From NCBI GenBank assembly GCA_934098705.1, contig CAKOPC010000002.1, positions 26,990 to 90,989 on the forward strand: a DNA stretch of 64,000 bases, given 5' to 3'. The translations under genes were made by a program, and so were the position numbers. Of the stretch, positions 48,558 to 57,560 are shown in pieces. Numbering within the stretch: position 1 is the stretch's first letter; every line of letters begins with the position of its first letter. This DNA comes from an uncultured Bacilli bacterium. GTDB taxonomy: Bacteria; Bacillota_I; Bacilli_A; RF39; UBA660. The notes below the pieces were generated by a model that was not told the DNA's origin, made no database searches, and worked only from the letters and a program-made list of their open reading frames with translations.

Positions 48558-49577
48558 TTAGTCCATAAAATGTCCAAATTTTGCCAAATCTTCATAACAA
48601 ATATTTCTAAGATTTAAATCCTTAATAATATTCTTAGGTTTACACTCTTCATAAAACTTATCCAAAGTATCAATAACCCCTTTATCCGTTTCAATGTAAA
48701 TTGACACAGGTCTTTCAACACCTATTGCATAAGATATTTGAACCAAACACCAATTATATTCAGGATTATCCCTTAAAATTTCCTTGGCTATACTTCTTGC
48801 CTTATAAGCCCCACTTCTATCAACCTTACTAGGATCCTTACCGGAAAAAGCACCACCTCCGCACTTAGCGAAAGATTGATAACTATCAACAACAATTTTC
48901 CTACCAGTAAGTCCAGCATCTCCTAAAAAGCCCCCAATTAAAAACTTACCCGTTGGATTTATTAAATAATTCAAAACCTTAACACCATACTCCAAACAAA
49001 TATTATCACAAATACCAATAAGTATCTTATCAGTTTCATCTCTTTCCTTTTCAGTATTTTGGTAGCAAATGGTAAAAGTCTTTATATACTCTAACTTATT
49101 ATTTTCATAAAACCCAGTAATTTCAGCCTTACCATCAGATAAAAAACGCTTATCTCTTTTTCTTAATTCATCATAACACTTACTAAATTTTTGTAAAATA
49201 ACCATAGCAACAGGTAAATATTCACAAGTATCACGAGTTGCATATCCAAACATCATGCCATTATCTCCAGCACCCAAAAACTCCTCAGTAACACCTCTTG
49301 CAATATCTGGACTTTGTGTTCCAAGATTATTAATAATTTTATAACTATCATCATAACCAACATCTAAAAGAACCCTTTTAACAATTTTAGAAACATCGAA
49401 AACAGCCTTAGTTGTAACTTCTCCCGTTATAAAAATTTTACCCTTTCCTCCAACTACCTCAACAGCACACCTTGAAGTTTTATCTTGTTTTAAACACTCA
49501 TCTACAATAGCATCACTTATTTGATCACAAACCTTATCAGGATGACCTCTAAATACTATTTCATTACTATATAACAT
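48558..49577 (-). CDS. metK: S-adenosylmethionine synthetase (methionine adenosyltransferase), unusually short form
   Basis: 339 aa. N-terminal GHPDKVCDQISDAIVD, C-terminal GGGAFSGKDPSKVDRSGAYKAR; preceded by a SAM-I riboswitch. Confidence 0.85.
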   Translation of the reverse strand: MLYSNEIVFRGHPDKVCDQISDAIVDECLKQDKTSRCAVEVVGGKGKIFITGEVTTKAVFDVSKIVKRVLLDVGYDDSYKIINNLGTQSPDIARGVTEEFLGAGDNGMMFGYATRDTCEYLPVAMVILQKFSKCYDELRKRDKRFLSDGKAEITGFYENNKLEYIKTFTICYQNTEKERDETDKILIGICDNICLEYGVKVLNYLINPTGKFLIGGFLGDAGLTGRKIVVDSYQSFAKCGGGAFSGKDPSKVDRSGAYKARSIAKEILRDNPEYNWCLVQISYAIGVERPVSIYIETDKGVIDTLDKFYEECKPKNIIKDLNLRNICYEDLAKFGHFMD

Positions 49578-49604
49578 ATATCATTCCTCCTTTTTTCATC
49601 TAAT

Positions 49605-49740
49605 AAGAAAACACCCAAGATAACCTTTCTTGAGTGTTAAAAAAAGTTATCTTATTGATCTAGCATTACCACCTAATCAAATAGGTTGGTGCGACTTCAT
49701 AAGGCTAGTCCCTCCATCGCTCTTAATAAGATGTAACTAA
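49605..49740 (-). ncRNA. SAM-I (S-box) riboswitch with intrinsic terminator expression platform
   Basis: Minus-strand leader AUCUUAUUAAGAGCGAUGGAGGGACUAGCCUUAUGAAGUCGCACCAACC...GGUGGUAAUGCUAGAUCAAUAAGAU fits the S-box consensus. P1 is AUCUUAUU / AAUAAGAU. Then a terminator AACACUCAAGA-loop-UCUUGGGUGUU plus U-tract, ~25 nt before the metK RBS. The P1 3' strand can pair with the terminator 5' half as an antiterminator. Confidence 0.8.
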
Positions 49741-49786
49741 ATTATATATTAAAAAATAAAAATTTACAAGTATTATTTTACAAGTA

Positions 49787-50452
49787 CTATTTAGATAAAA
49801 TACTTAAAGCATCTTTAGCAGCATTTTGTTCTGCTTCCTTCTTACTTTCCCCAACACCTTCACCTAAACTTATACCATCAACCTTTACACAAGCTTTATA
49901 TACTTTATTATGTGCTGGTCCTGATTCATCTATAATTTCATATTCTAAAGATTTTTTATCAGTTTGTACTGCCTCTTGTAATGTTGATTTATAATCATTA
50001 AATAATAAAATGTTTTTATCTTCTATATAAGGAACAATAATTTTAAGTCCAACTTCTTTTACCTTTTCATAACCAAGATCAAGATATATAGCACCCATTA
50101 AAGCCTCAAAAACATCAGCCATAATAGCTTTTTTATGAGAGCCATCACTTCTTGTTTCCCCAACACCTACTTTAATATACTTTGAAAAATTCAAATCTTT
50201 AGCATACTCATACAAAGCATTTTCACATACATAACTTGCACGAATTTTTGTCATTTCACCTTCCGTATACAAATTAGCCTTGTATAAATAATCAGAAATA
50301 ATTAGATCAACTATAGCATCACCTAAAAACTCAAGTGTTTCATAAGAACCAACATTATGCTCATATGCATATGAAGTATGCACAAAAGCCTGTCTATATA
50401 ACTTCATATCAGTAGGTTTTACTGAAAGCTTTTCTAACAATTCCTCTATCAT
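49787..50452 (-). CDS. rnc: Ribonuclease III
   Basis: 221 aa; catalytic signature ETLEFLGDAIVDL, C-terminal dsRBD (GPAHNKVYKACVKVDG...GESKKEAEQNAAKDAL). Confidence 0.9.
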   Translation of the reverse strand: MIEELLEKLSVKPTDMKLYRQAFVHTSYAYEHNVGSYETLEFLGDAIVDLIISDYLYKANLYTEGEMTKIRASYVCENALYEYAKDLNFSKYIKVGVGETRSDGSHKKAIMADVFEALMGAIYLDLGYEKVKEVGLKIIVPYIEDKNILLFNDYKSTLQEAVQTDKKSLEYEIIDESGPAHNKVYKACVKVDGISLGEGVGESKKEAEQNAAKDALSILSK

Positions 50453-50654
50453 AAATATCTCTCCTTTTATATATAAATAATAACATATAACTTCAAAAAT
50501 ATCAAAAAAAAAACAATAACAATTTAGAAATTAAACAAATAAACATAAAAAATACAATAAAACAAACAAGAAAAAAACTTCCGCTTAATTAACAAAAAAA
50601 ATTAGATTGATAAAAATAATAATTAATAGTAAAATATTATTAGGAGATTTATAT

Positions 50655-50882
50655 ATGAAATACATCTTGATATTTTTTATAAAAGTTTATAAAGCACTTC
50701 CTGGTCCATGGCATGGTATGTGTAGATTTTATCCAACATGCTCAAGTTATGCCATTGAAGCATTAAATGAATATGGTTTTATAAAAGGTAGTATTATGTC
50801 AATAAAAAGAATTATAAGATGTAATCCCAAAAGTAAAATATGGTACGATCCTGTACCAAAAAATATTAAAAAAAAAGCATAG
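50655..50882 (+). CDS. yidD: Membrane protein insertion efficiency factor YidD
   Basis: 75 aa from ATG 50655 (RBS AGGAG at 50643). [29 protein letters not shown] is the conserved YidD core. The ORF-track start at 50607 lacks an RBS. Confidence 0.8.
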   Translation: MKYILIFFIKVYKALPGPWHGMCRFYPTCSSYAIEALNEYGFIKGSIMSIKRIIRCNPKSKIWYDPVPKNIKKKA

Positions 50883-50896
50883 AAAAGGAGAAAAAA

Positions 50897-51766
50897 ATGA
50901 AAAAAGTAATATACTTAGCGATAATAGTAAGTTTATTTTTAACAACTGGTTGTCTTAAAATATTTAAATTATATGATATGGATGACATAGACATCATAAC
51001 AACAATATACCCAGTAGAATACGTTGCTAATAGAATATATGGTGAAAGTTCAAATATTTCAAGTATCTATCCAAGAGGAACAGATATAAATAAATACGAA
51101 TTAACAAAAAAACAAATAAAAGATTATAGTAACTACGACCTATTTATTTATAATGGTGAATCAAATGAAAGAAGTTACGCAACTAGCATGTTAAACAATA
51201 ATAAAAATTTAAAAATTATTGATGCTTCATATGGACTTGACGTTATAAATGCCAGCACCGATATATGGCTTAATCCATCAAATATTTTGATGATAGCACA
51301 AAATATAAAACAAGAATTAGGAGAGTACATACAAAGTGTATACGTAAAAGAAAAACTTGAAAATAATTATCAATTATTAAAAGTAGACATATCAGAGCTT
51401 GAAACAGAACTTAAAAAAACTGCTGACAATTCCAAAGATAAAAGAATAATATCTTATGATGAATCACTAATGTTTCTAGAAAAATACGGTTTTACAGTTG
51501 TTAACTTAACAGCAAAAGATAAAAACATTGATAACAATATTGAACTTGCTAAATCAATTTTAAATGATGAATTAACTTATGTTTTTGTAACAGAATTTCA
51601 AGAAGAAACTGATTTATTAAAAGAATTACAAGATAACTATAATGCAAAACTTGAAACTTTTAAAGTAATGACAACTATAACTGAAGAAGATGCAAATAAT
51701 AATGAAGATTATCTATCAATTATGAAAAGTAATATAACAAAAATAAAGGAAGAAACCTACAAATAG
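50897..51766 (+). CDS. Lipoprotein, metal ABC transporter substrate-binding protein-like (ZnuA/TroA-like), tentative
   Basis: 289 aa. Lipobox LTTGC, then IITTIYPVEYVANRIY resembling the N-terminus of cluster-9 metal SBPs. No adjacent ABC ATPase/permease, so function uncertain. Confidence 0.4.
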   Translation: MKKVIYLAIIVSLFLTTGCLKIFKLYDMDDIDIITTIYPVEYVANRIYGESSNISSIYPRGTDINKYELTKKQIKDYSNYDLFIYNGESNERSYATSMLNNNKNLKIIDASYGLDVINASTDIWLNPSNILMIAQNIKQELGEYIQSVYVKEKLENNYQLLKVDISELETELKKTADNSKDKRIISYDESLMFLEKYGFTVVNLTAKDKNIDNNIELAKSILNDELTYVFVTEFQEETDLLKELQDNYNAKLETFKVMTTITEEDANNNEDYLSIMKSNITKIKEETYK

Positions 51767-51781
51767 GAATCTTCCTTTTTC
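51746..51781. terminator. Bidirectional intrinsic terminator between the lipoprotein gene and hsp20
   Basis: 8-bp stem AAGGAAGA / TCTTCCTT with a 16-nt loop containing the TAG stop, followed by TTTTT. Confidence 0.45.
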
Positions 51782-51798
51782 ATATTTATGTAAATAAA

Positions 51799-52188
51799 TT
51801 AATCAATTTCAATTTTCTTTTTAGTGTCTACATTTTCCTTTTTAGGAACAATAACTCTTAACATACCATTGTTAAATTCTGCTTTAATAGAGTCTTCATT
51901 AGTGTCTCCAATATAGAATTGTCTCTTATAGCTTCCATAAACTCTTTCACGTCTTAAATATTTTTTACCTTCTTTTTCTTCATGTTTATGGCTAGATGTT
52001 GCAGTAATTGTTAAATATCCATTATCACAATCAATGTTTATATCCTCTTTCTTAAATCCAGGCACATCCATTTCAATATAATATTTATCGTCCTTTTCAT
52101 AAATATCACACTTCATGTTATTATTTTTAACCTCTGGTAAATCATCAAATAAATCATCTAAAAAGAAATTTCTTGGTACTAAATTCAT
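51799..52188 (-). CDS. Hsp20/alpha-crystallin family small heat-shock protein
   Basis: 129 aa. Alpha-crystallin domain (DIYEKDDKYYIEMDVPGFKKEDINID...GMLRVIVPK). Confidence 0.8.
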   Translation of the reverse strand: MNLVPRNFFLDDLFDDLPEVKNNNMKCDIYEKDDKYYIEMDVPGFKKEDINIDCDNGYLTITATSSHKHEEKEGKKYLRRERVYGSYKRQFYIGDTNEDSIKAEFNNGMLRVIVPKKENVDTKKKIEID

Positions 52189-52249
52189 AATTCATTCCTC
52201 CTTCGTACAATTATGTTATACCACTATTTTTGGCACTTGTCAAGAATAA

Positions 52250-52660
52250 GTGCTAAAAAAATTATTTTTTTTTACATACATTTATAGTATGAAACAAAAC
52301 AACAGAAATATACAACTTTTAAAAATAAATAAAGATGCCTTAATTCTTTTTATGGTAGCACTTATAATCTCTATTTATATAACAAACAATGATATTTTAC
52401 GCCTTGAAGGTAAAAGTAAAAAAGATACTTACACCCTTGAAATATTTAACAGATGCTTTGCAATTATTATCCTTTTAATTTTTCTATACACAAGTTATGA
52501 AAGTTATAAAATAGCTAAAAGTAATAATAAATATAATGAAACATTTACTATGCAAATTATCGTAGCTGTATTATCATTAATCGCAGGTATTATAGCATTT
52601 TATATAACATATATAAATAAAAATCAAAATATAAGTAGTGTATCAAATTTTGAAGTATAA
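52250..52660 (+). CDS. Hypothetical small membrane protein (3 TM helices)
   Basis: 136 aa; hydrophobic, no motif; true start may be the internal Met at ~52289. Confidence 0.35.
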   Translation: MLKKLFFFTYIYSMKQNNRNIQLLKINKDALILFMVALIISIYITNNDILRLEGKSKKDTYTLEIFNRCFAIIILLIFLYTSYESYKIAKSNNKYNETFTMQIIVAVLSLIAGIIAFYITYINKNQNISSVSNFEV

Positions 52661-52666
52661 GTATAA

Positions 52667-53440
52667 CTAATATATCTGTTTTTTTATTCTAACTAAAGCA
52701 TTCTTTTCAAGCCTTGATATTTGAGCTTGTGATATACCAAGTTCATTTGAAATTTCCATCTGTGTTTTACCAACAAAATATCTATCTTCCAAAATCTGTC
52801 TTTCCCTACTTGTTAATTTGCTAATTGCCTTAGTAAGTGTCATATGTTCTAAATGATCGTAAGAACTTTTAGGGTCGCTTACTTGATCACATAGATATAT
52901 TGTATCTCCGCCATCATTATAAATTGGTTCAAAAAGACTAACTGGAGGTATTAAAGCTTCAAGTGCATTAATAACTTCCCTTTCCTTTATTTCCAAAATT
53001 TTAGCTATTTCTTCATTTGTTGGTTCCTTCCCATTTTCTAAAGTTAATTTTTCCTTTAATTTAAGTACTTTATACGCTGTATCTTTTACACTTCTTGATA
53101 CTCTAATACTTGTATTATCTCTAATATATCTTTTCACTTCTCCAAGTATCATAGGAACAGCATAAGTTGACAACTTTACATTTAAACTTGGATCAAAATT
53201 ATCTATGGCCTTTACAAGTCCAATACACCCAATTTGAAATAAATCATCCAAATTTTCATTGTAAGTTTTAAAATTTTTCAAAATAGACAAAACAAGTTTT
53301 AAATTTCCATTTATAAGTTCTTCCCTTGCTAATTTATCTCCTTGTTTCATTCTTTTAAACAAAACTTCCATCTCTTCCTGTTTTAAAACTTTTAAACTAC
53401 TTGTATTTATACCAGATATTAAAACTTTATATTTAGACAT
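52667..53440 (-). CDS. sigG: Sporulation sigma factor SigG (forespore-specific sigma-70 family)
   Basis: 257 aa; alignable along its length with Bacillus SigG as recalled: KVLISGINTSSLKVLKQEEM, GDKLAREELINGNLKLVLSIL, DDLFQIGCIGLVKAIDNFD, STYAVPMILGEVKRYIRDN, IRVSRS, PVSLFEPIYNDGGD, GKTQMEISNELGISQAQISRLEK. Confidence 0.85.
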   Translation of the reverse strand: MSKYKVLISGINTSSLKVLKQEEMEVLFKRMKQGDKLAREELINGNLKLVLSILKNFKTYNENLDDLFQIGCIGLVKAIDNFDPSLNVKLSTYAVPMILGEVKRYIRDNTSIRVSRSVKDTAYKVLKLKEKLTLENGKEPTNEEIAKILEIKEREVINALEALIPPVSLFEPIYNDGGDTIYLCDQVSDPKSSYDHLEHMTLTKAISKLTSRERQILEDRYFVGKTQMEISNELGISQAQISRLEKNALVRIKKQIY

Positions 53441-53570
53441 ATTTATATTCCTTTCAACCTTAATAATGAAAAAAGAATATAAATTTTATGCAAAATTAAA
53501 ACATTTTACCATTTTTTATTCAAACTATTAAAATGGCAAAAAATAACAAATCTATAATTTATTAAAAAAA

Positions 53571-54760
53571 AGGTTTAACAAAAACTTTACAAGTATTTAT
53601 TAACCTTCTTTATCTCTTCATTAAGATTACTTTTTAATATATAATCTTTAAATCCATCTTCAATGTATTTTGAAACTAAAAACTTTTTATCATCATTAAT
53701 AGTTATTAATACTGGTGTTTTAAATTTTTTTATAGTTTGTAATTTCTTTAAAGTATCATATCCACTTTGAAGCCCCATCTCATCATCCACTATTATCATG
53801 TCATACTCTTCCCCATTTTTTATCTTCTCTATCGCACCTTTTCCATATAATACCATTGTTACATCTATACCAAGTTTTATTAATTGTTCCTCCATCTGTT
53901 TGGCTTCGTTTAGTTTTTCGTTTACTATTAATATTTTTCTTTTTCCTCTTGTATCTATTTGATTAAAATTTATTTTATCTTTATTTTCTTTTATTTTTTG
54001 GTCTATTATTATTAGGTACTCACTACCTTTATTTATTTCACTTCTTACTATTAATGTTCCTCCAAGTACTTTTATTATCTTATTTGCCATTTCTATTCCA
54101 ACATCTACTTTATCAAGTTTTTTAAAGTCTTCTTGTTCCATATAACTTGCACTTAATATCCTATTTACTTTCTCTATTGTCATACCACATCCTGAATCAC
54201 TTATTGATATTATTAATCTACATACATCATATTTTACTATGGAATTAACTTTTATTTCTATAAAACCTTTTTTTGTCTGCTTTAATGAATTATTTAATAT
54301 ACTAATTAACACTTGCTTTAATTTTACTTTATCACCATAAAGTTTGGCATCTATTAAATCTGTATAATTTGTTCTTAATTCAACATCACCTTGTATCTCT
54401 TCCTTTACTCTTTTTTCTATCTCTTTAAATAATAGTTTTACATCATAAAATCCAAGAGCCAATTTTATATTTGATATATCCATATTTGATATATCAAACA
54501 CATTATTTGCCAGAAGCATTAATTCTTTAGAACTTATATTTACTTGTTTTGCCATTTCTTTTAAGTTATCTTTATTATTTTCACTTATCATAAGATTACT
54601 TATATCTTGAATATTTTTTATTGGTTCCTTAGTTTTTTGTTGTAACTCAAATAATAAATTTAATTTTTCTTCATTTGTCTTTTCAATTAGTTTTCTATTT
54701 TCATTTAACGTTTCAATAACCTTTACATCTGGATTTTCTATTGTATGATACATAATAAAA
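53571..54760. repeat. Large direct repeat, copy 1 (~1.19 kb; 3' two-thirds of the hybrid kinase gene plus 16 bp of 3' flank)
   Basis: Near-identical to 57561..58750 (offset 3990 bp). Identity runs from AGGTTTAACAAAAACTTTACAAG just past the stop to ...CTTTACATCTGGATTTTCTATTGT at the TM/cytoplasmic boundary, with scattered substitutions (roughly 95% by eye). Confidence 0.8.
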
Positions 54761-55386
54761 GCAATAAATATAAGTACTGGATTTATCAAATAATTTAATG
54801 TAGGGTCAATAATCATCACAATAAGTATAGATATACCAAGTATTACAAGTACATAAACTGGAATATATTTTTTACTTTTTATATTTTTATAATTTAAAAG
54901 CACACACACAATTTGTGTAATAAGTCCAAGTCCAAATATAAAATATGTATACATAACAGAAATACCTTTAGATGTCGCAGCACTATTAGGATTTATAGTA
55001 ACTTCAATAGGAAATATTAAAACAACTAAAATACTAAAGATTCCCAAAATATAAAATATATTTTCTATCTGCCTCAATTTATCTTGTTTTTTTAAAGAAA
55101 CATATAAAATATAAAATGTAAATATAAATACCCATAAAAGAAGTCCAATTAAATAAAGTTTATTAAATAATGATACAACAAAAACACTACTTGTAACTTT
55201 TGAACTAACATATATACCAAGTAAAATACCACTGCAAGACATAAATATATTGGCAAGTAAAAACAGTGAATATAGATTATCTTCCATTTTCTTTAATCTC
55301 GGTTTGTTAAAAAACAGTATTGCAACTGCAATTATTACTAATAGTGCATAAAAATTAATACTTAAAAAACCTAAAACATTTTCCAT
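53587..55386 (-). CDS. Polytopic sensor histidine-kinase-like / receiver hybrid protein, copy B (no His at the H-box position)
   Basis: 599 aa. ~7 TM helices, DHp-like helix, HATPase_c (N-box LISILNNSLKQTKKG, G1 ISDSGCG, G2 GIEMANKIIKVLGGTL), C-terminal REC (DMIIVDDEMG ... VLITIND ... DYILKS). The canonical HE.RTP position reads FELQQKTKEP. Confidence 0.7.
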   Translation of the reverse strand: MENVLGFLSINFYALLVIIAVAILFFNKPRLKKMEDNLYSLFLLANIFMSCSGILLGIYVSSKVTSSVFVVSLFNKLYLIGLLLWVFIFTFYILYVSLKKQDKLRQIENIFYILGIFSILVVLIFPIEVTINPNSAATSKGISVMYTYFIFGLGLITQIVCVLLNYKNIKSKKYIPVYVLVILGISILIVMIIDPTLNYLINPVLIFIAFIMYHTIENPDVKVIETLNENRKLIEKTNEEKLNLLFELQQKTKEPIKNIQDISNLMISENNKDNLKEMAKQVNISSKELMLLANNVFDISNMDISNIKLALGFYDVKLLFKEIEKRVKEEIQGDVELRTNYTDLIDAKLYGDKVKLKQVLISILNNSLKQTKKGFIEIKVNSIVKYDVCRLIISISDSGCGMTIEKVNRILSASYMEQEDFKKLDKVDVGIEMANKIIKVLGGTLIVRSEINKGSEYLIIIDQKIKENKDKINFNQIDTRGKRKILIVNEKLNEAKQMEEQLIKLGIDVTMVLYGKGAIEKIKNGEEYDMIIVDDEMGLQSGYDTLKKLQTIKKFKTPVLITINDDKKFLVSKYIEDGFKDYILKSNLNEEIKKVNKYL

Positions 55387-55422
55387 ATAACACTAACCTT
55401 CTTTTTATCCATTTTTATTCTT

Positions 55423-57402
55423 TTATTTTCTTTTTCTAACTAAATCTTTTGTTTCATTTTGATAAATATCTATGGTAGATGTAGAAAGATTTGTTTCCGC
55501 TACAACAACATTAACAATATCATCATCTGTTAAATCATCTTTTCTTAATGAAACAAAATCCATCTTTCCATTTTTAGTTTGTGGAATAGAAGTTCTAAAT
55601 TTAAATTTTGATGGAATTTGTCTTGATGACATATCTTTGTTTGCTAAAATATCATTATAAACAATATCATTAACAACACTTATATAATCTTCATTTTTAT
55701 ACTCATCATTTAAAACAATATGACAAGCTGGCATTAAACCTCTTCTTTTTTCATCAAAATATTCAACAATACATACATATTTAACTTTTTCATTTTTAGC
55801 TATTTCTTTTTCAACTTCATATGGTTTTATTTTATAACCATCAAATCTTGCAAAAGATCTATCTTTTCTTGATTTATGATAGAATTTTCCTTCTTCATCC
55901 ATTTCCACTAAATCTCTTGTTCTAATATATGTCTTTCCATCAAGTTCATATTGTGGAATAATAACATTTTCATCTAAAACACCTTTTGTTACATTATCTC
56001 CAGATACAGCAAGTTCTCCAAAAGTTCTACCATTATGATTTATAGGAACTCTAACAAGTCTATCTTCAATATTTGGGTCAACTAATGTAAAGTCAGTGTG
56101 AGGAAGTGGTATTCCAATACATTCATAATCATTATAAGCACCTTGTGCATAAGAACCGCAACCAAAGAACTCACTCATACCATAACCCTTAGTTACAGTA
56201 CAAGAACTACCATGTTTTCTAAAGAATTTATTTAATTCCTCTTCATCCTTTGCAGTCATAGTATCTCCACCATAAATAGCAACCTTTACACAAGATAAAT
56301 CTTCACCCTCTAAATAATCACAAGTTGTAAGTGAATGTAATAGTGATGGTGAAATCATAATTACATTTGGATGATATTTTTTTATTAAATATCCAAATTC
56401 ACTTATCTCAAACTCTGGAACATCAATGTTATTAGCAAGGCTTGTCAAATTCATTAAATAATTATTATAAGCTCCAAATGGTGCAAAAAATGGTAAAACA
56501 TGAAGTGCTGTATCACCCTCATCAAAATTTACAAGTCCTTGTTTTAACTGTTCTAATGTTGATATAGCATTTTTATGTGTTCCAGGTATTGGTTTTGGTC
56601 TTGTACCACTTGTACCTGATGTATGTCCTATATATTGTAAACCATCTAAATTTCTATAAACAGTAAAACGTGAATTTTGAACGTTTCTTTTTAAATCATC
56701 ATAAAACATTATATTTAGTTTTGAAGAAGCCATAGCATCATTTAAAGTACCCTCTTGTTGTTTCATCATTTGCACTTTTTCAAGTAATGCTTGATACCAT
56801 TTTAACTTATTAATATTATCTAAAACATGTCTTTTATTTTTTAAATCATTATAATTAATGACATCTTTCATATAACTAATTTTTCCACCAAGATTCATAG
56901 AATCAGTAGCTCTTAAAAGAACAACATCACGTATTCCATATGATAAAAGTTCTTCTTCTACTGGTTTTATCATCGCCATATAACACATATCAAGAGCAAC
57001 TATATATTTTGGATGTTCAAATTTTACTATTTCAAGTAACTTATTTCCATTAGCTTTAGCATCCATACTATCTGGTCTTGGATCGATAAAATCAGATACT
57101 GCTCCAATTTGAGCAGAACCAAGCCATAATTCTCCTACTTCTGGAATATTTGGAACTAAATATAAAATTCTATCTCCAACTCCAACACCCATTTCAGTAA
57201 GTACTCTAGATGCTTTATCAGCATTATAAAATAATTCTCCATAAGAAGTTTCCTTGCCATAATAAGTTTCTGCTGTTAAATCTTTCTTATTTCTTGCTAT
57301 ATTTTCTAAATATTTTTTAATGTTTAAATCAACATAATTTTGTCTTTCTATTGGATAATTTTTATAAAAATTCATCCAAGGCATATTTTCATTTTTATTC
57401 AT
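55423..57402 (-). CDS. Adenylate-forming enzyme (AMP-binding / ANL superfamily), copy B
   Basis: 659 aa. AMP-binding core motif YIGHTSGTSGTRPKPIPGTHKN (T[SG]GT.G.PK), a second Gly-rich motif, C-terminal domain; substrate unknown. Confidence 0.75.
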   Translation of the reverse strand: MNKNENMPWMNFYKNYPIERQNYVDLNIKKYLENIARNKKDLTAETYYGKETSYGELFYNADKASRVLTEMGVGVGDRILYLVPNIPEVGELWLGSAQIGAVSDFIDPRPDSMDAKANGNKLLEIVKFEHPKYIVALDMCYMAMIKPVEEELLSYGIRDVVLLRATDSMNLGGKISYMKDVINYNDLKNKRHVLDNINKLKWYQALLEKVQMMKQQEGTLNDAMASSKLNIMFYDDLKRNVQNSRFTVYRNLDGLQYIGHTSGTSGTRPKPIPGTHKNAISTLEQLKQGLVNFDEGDTALHVLPFFAPFGAYNNYLMNLTSLANNIDVPEFEISEFGYLIKKYHPNVIMISPSLLHSLTTCDYLEGEDLSCVKVAIYGGDTMTAKDEEELNKFFRKHGSSCTVTKGYGMSEFFGCGSYAQGAYNDYECIGIPLPHTDFTLVDPNIEDRLVRVPINHNGRTFGELAVSGDNVTKGVLDENVIIPQYELDGKTYIRTRDLVEMDEEGKFYHKSRKDRSFARFDGYKIKPYEVEKEIAKNEKVKYVCIVEYFDEKRRGLMPACHIVLNDEYKNEDYISVVNDIVYNDILANKDMSSRQIPSKFKFRTSIPQTKNGKMDFVSLRKDDLTDDDIVNVVVAETNLSTSTIDIYQNETKDLVRKRK

Positions 57403-57474
57403 AAAACAACCACCTCTAATAAAAAATTTTGTCTGTTAGTATATCACAATTTTATAATAAATTATAAAACATGG

Positions 57475-57512
57475 CATATTCGGTTAAAATAGCACCATAT
57501 TCTGCAAATATA
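57475..57512. promoter_or_regulatory. Doubled operator-like motif upstream of adenylate-forming enzyme gene B
   Basis: GCATATTCGGTTAAAATA (57474-57491) and CCATATTCTGCAAATATA (57495-57512), 21 bp centre-to-centre, 73-110 bp upstream of the ATG at 57402. Matches the motif pair at 61459-61498. Confidence 0.45.
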
Positions 57513-57560
57513 CCCCTCTTTTTTCTATAAATAATATATCATATAAAATAAAAAAAAGAA

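Noticed and set aside
50607-50654. N-terminal extension of yidD from the ORF track ([16 protein letters not shown])
   Set aside because: No RBS and not part of the conserved YidD core; ATG 50655 with AGGAG 8 nt upstream is the likely start.
55472-55660. 62-aa plus-strand ORF at the 3' end of adenylating-enzyme gene B
   Set aside because: Antisense shadow ORF.
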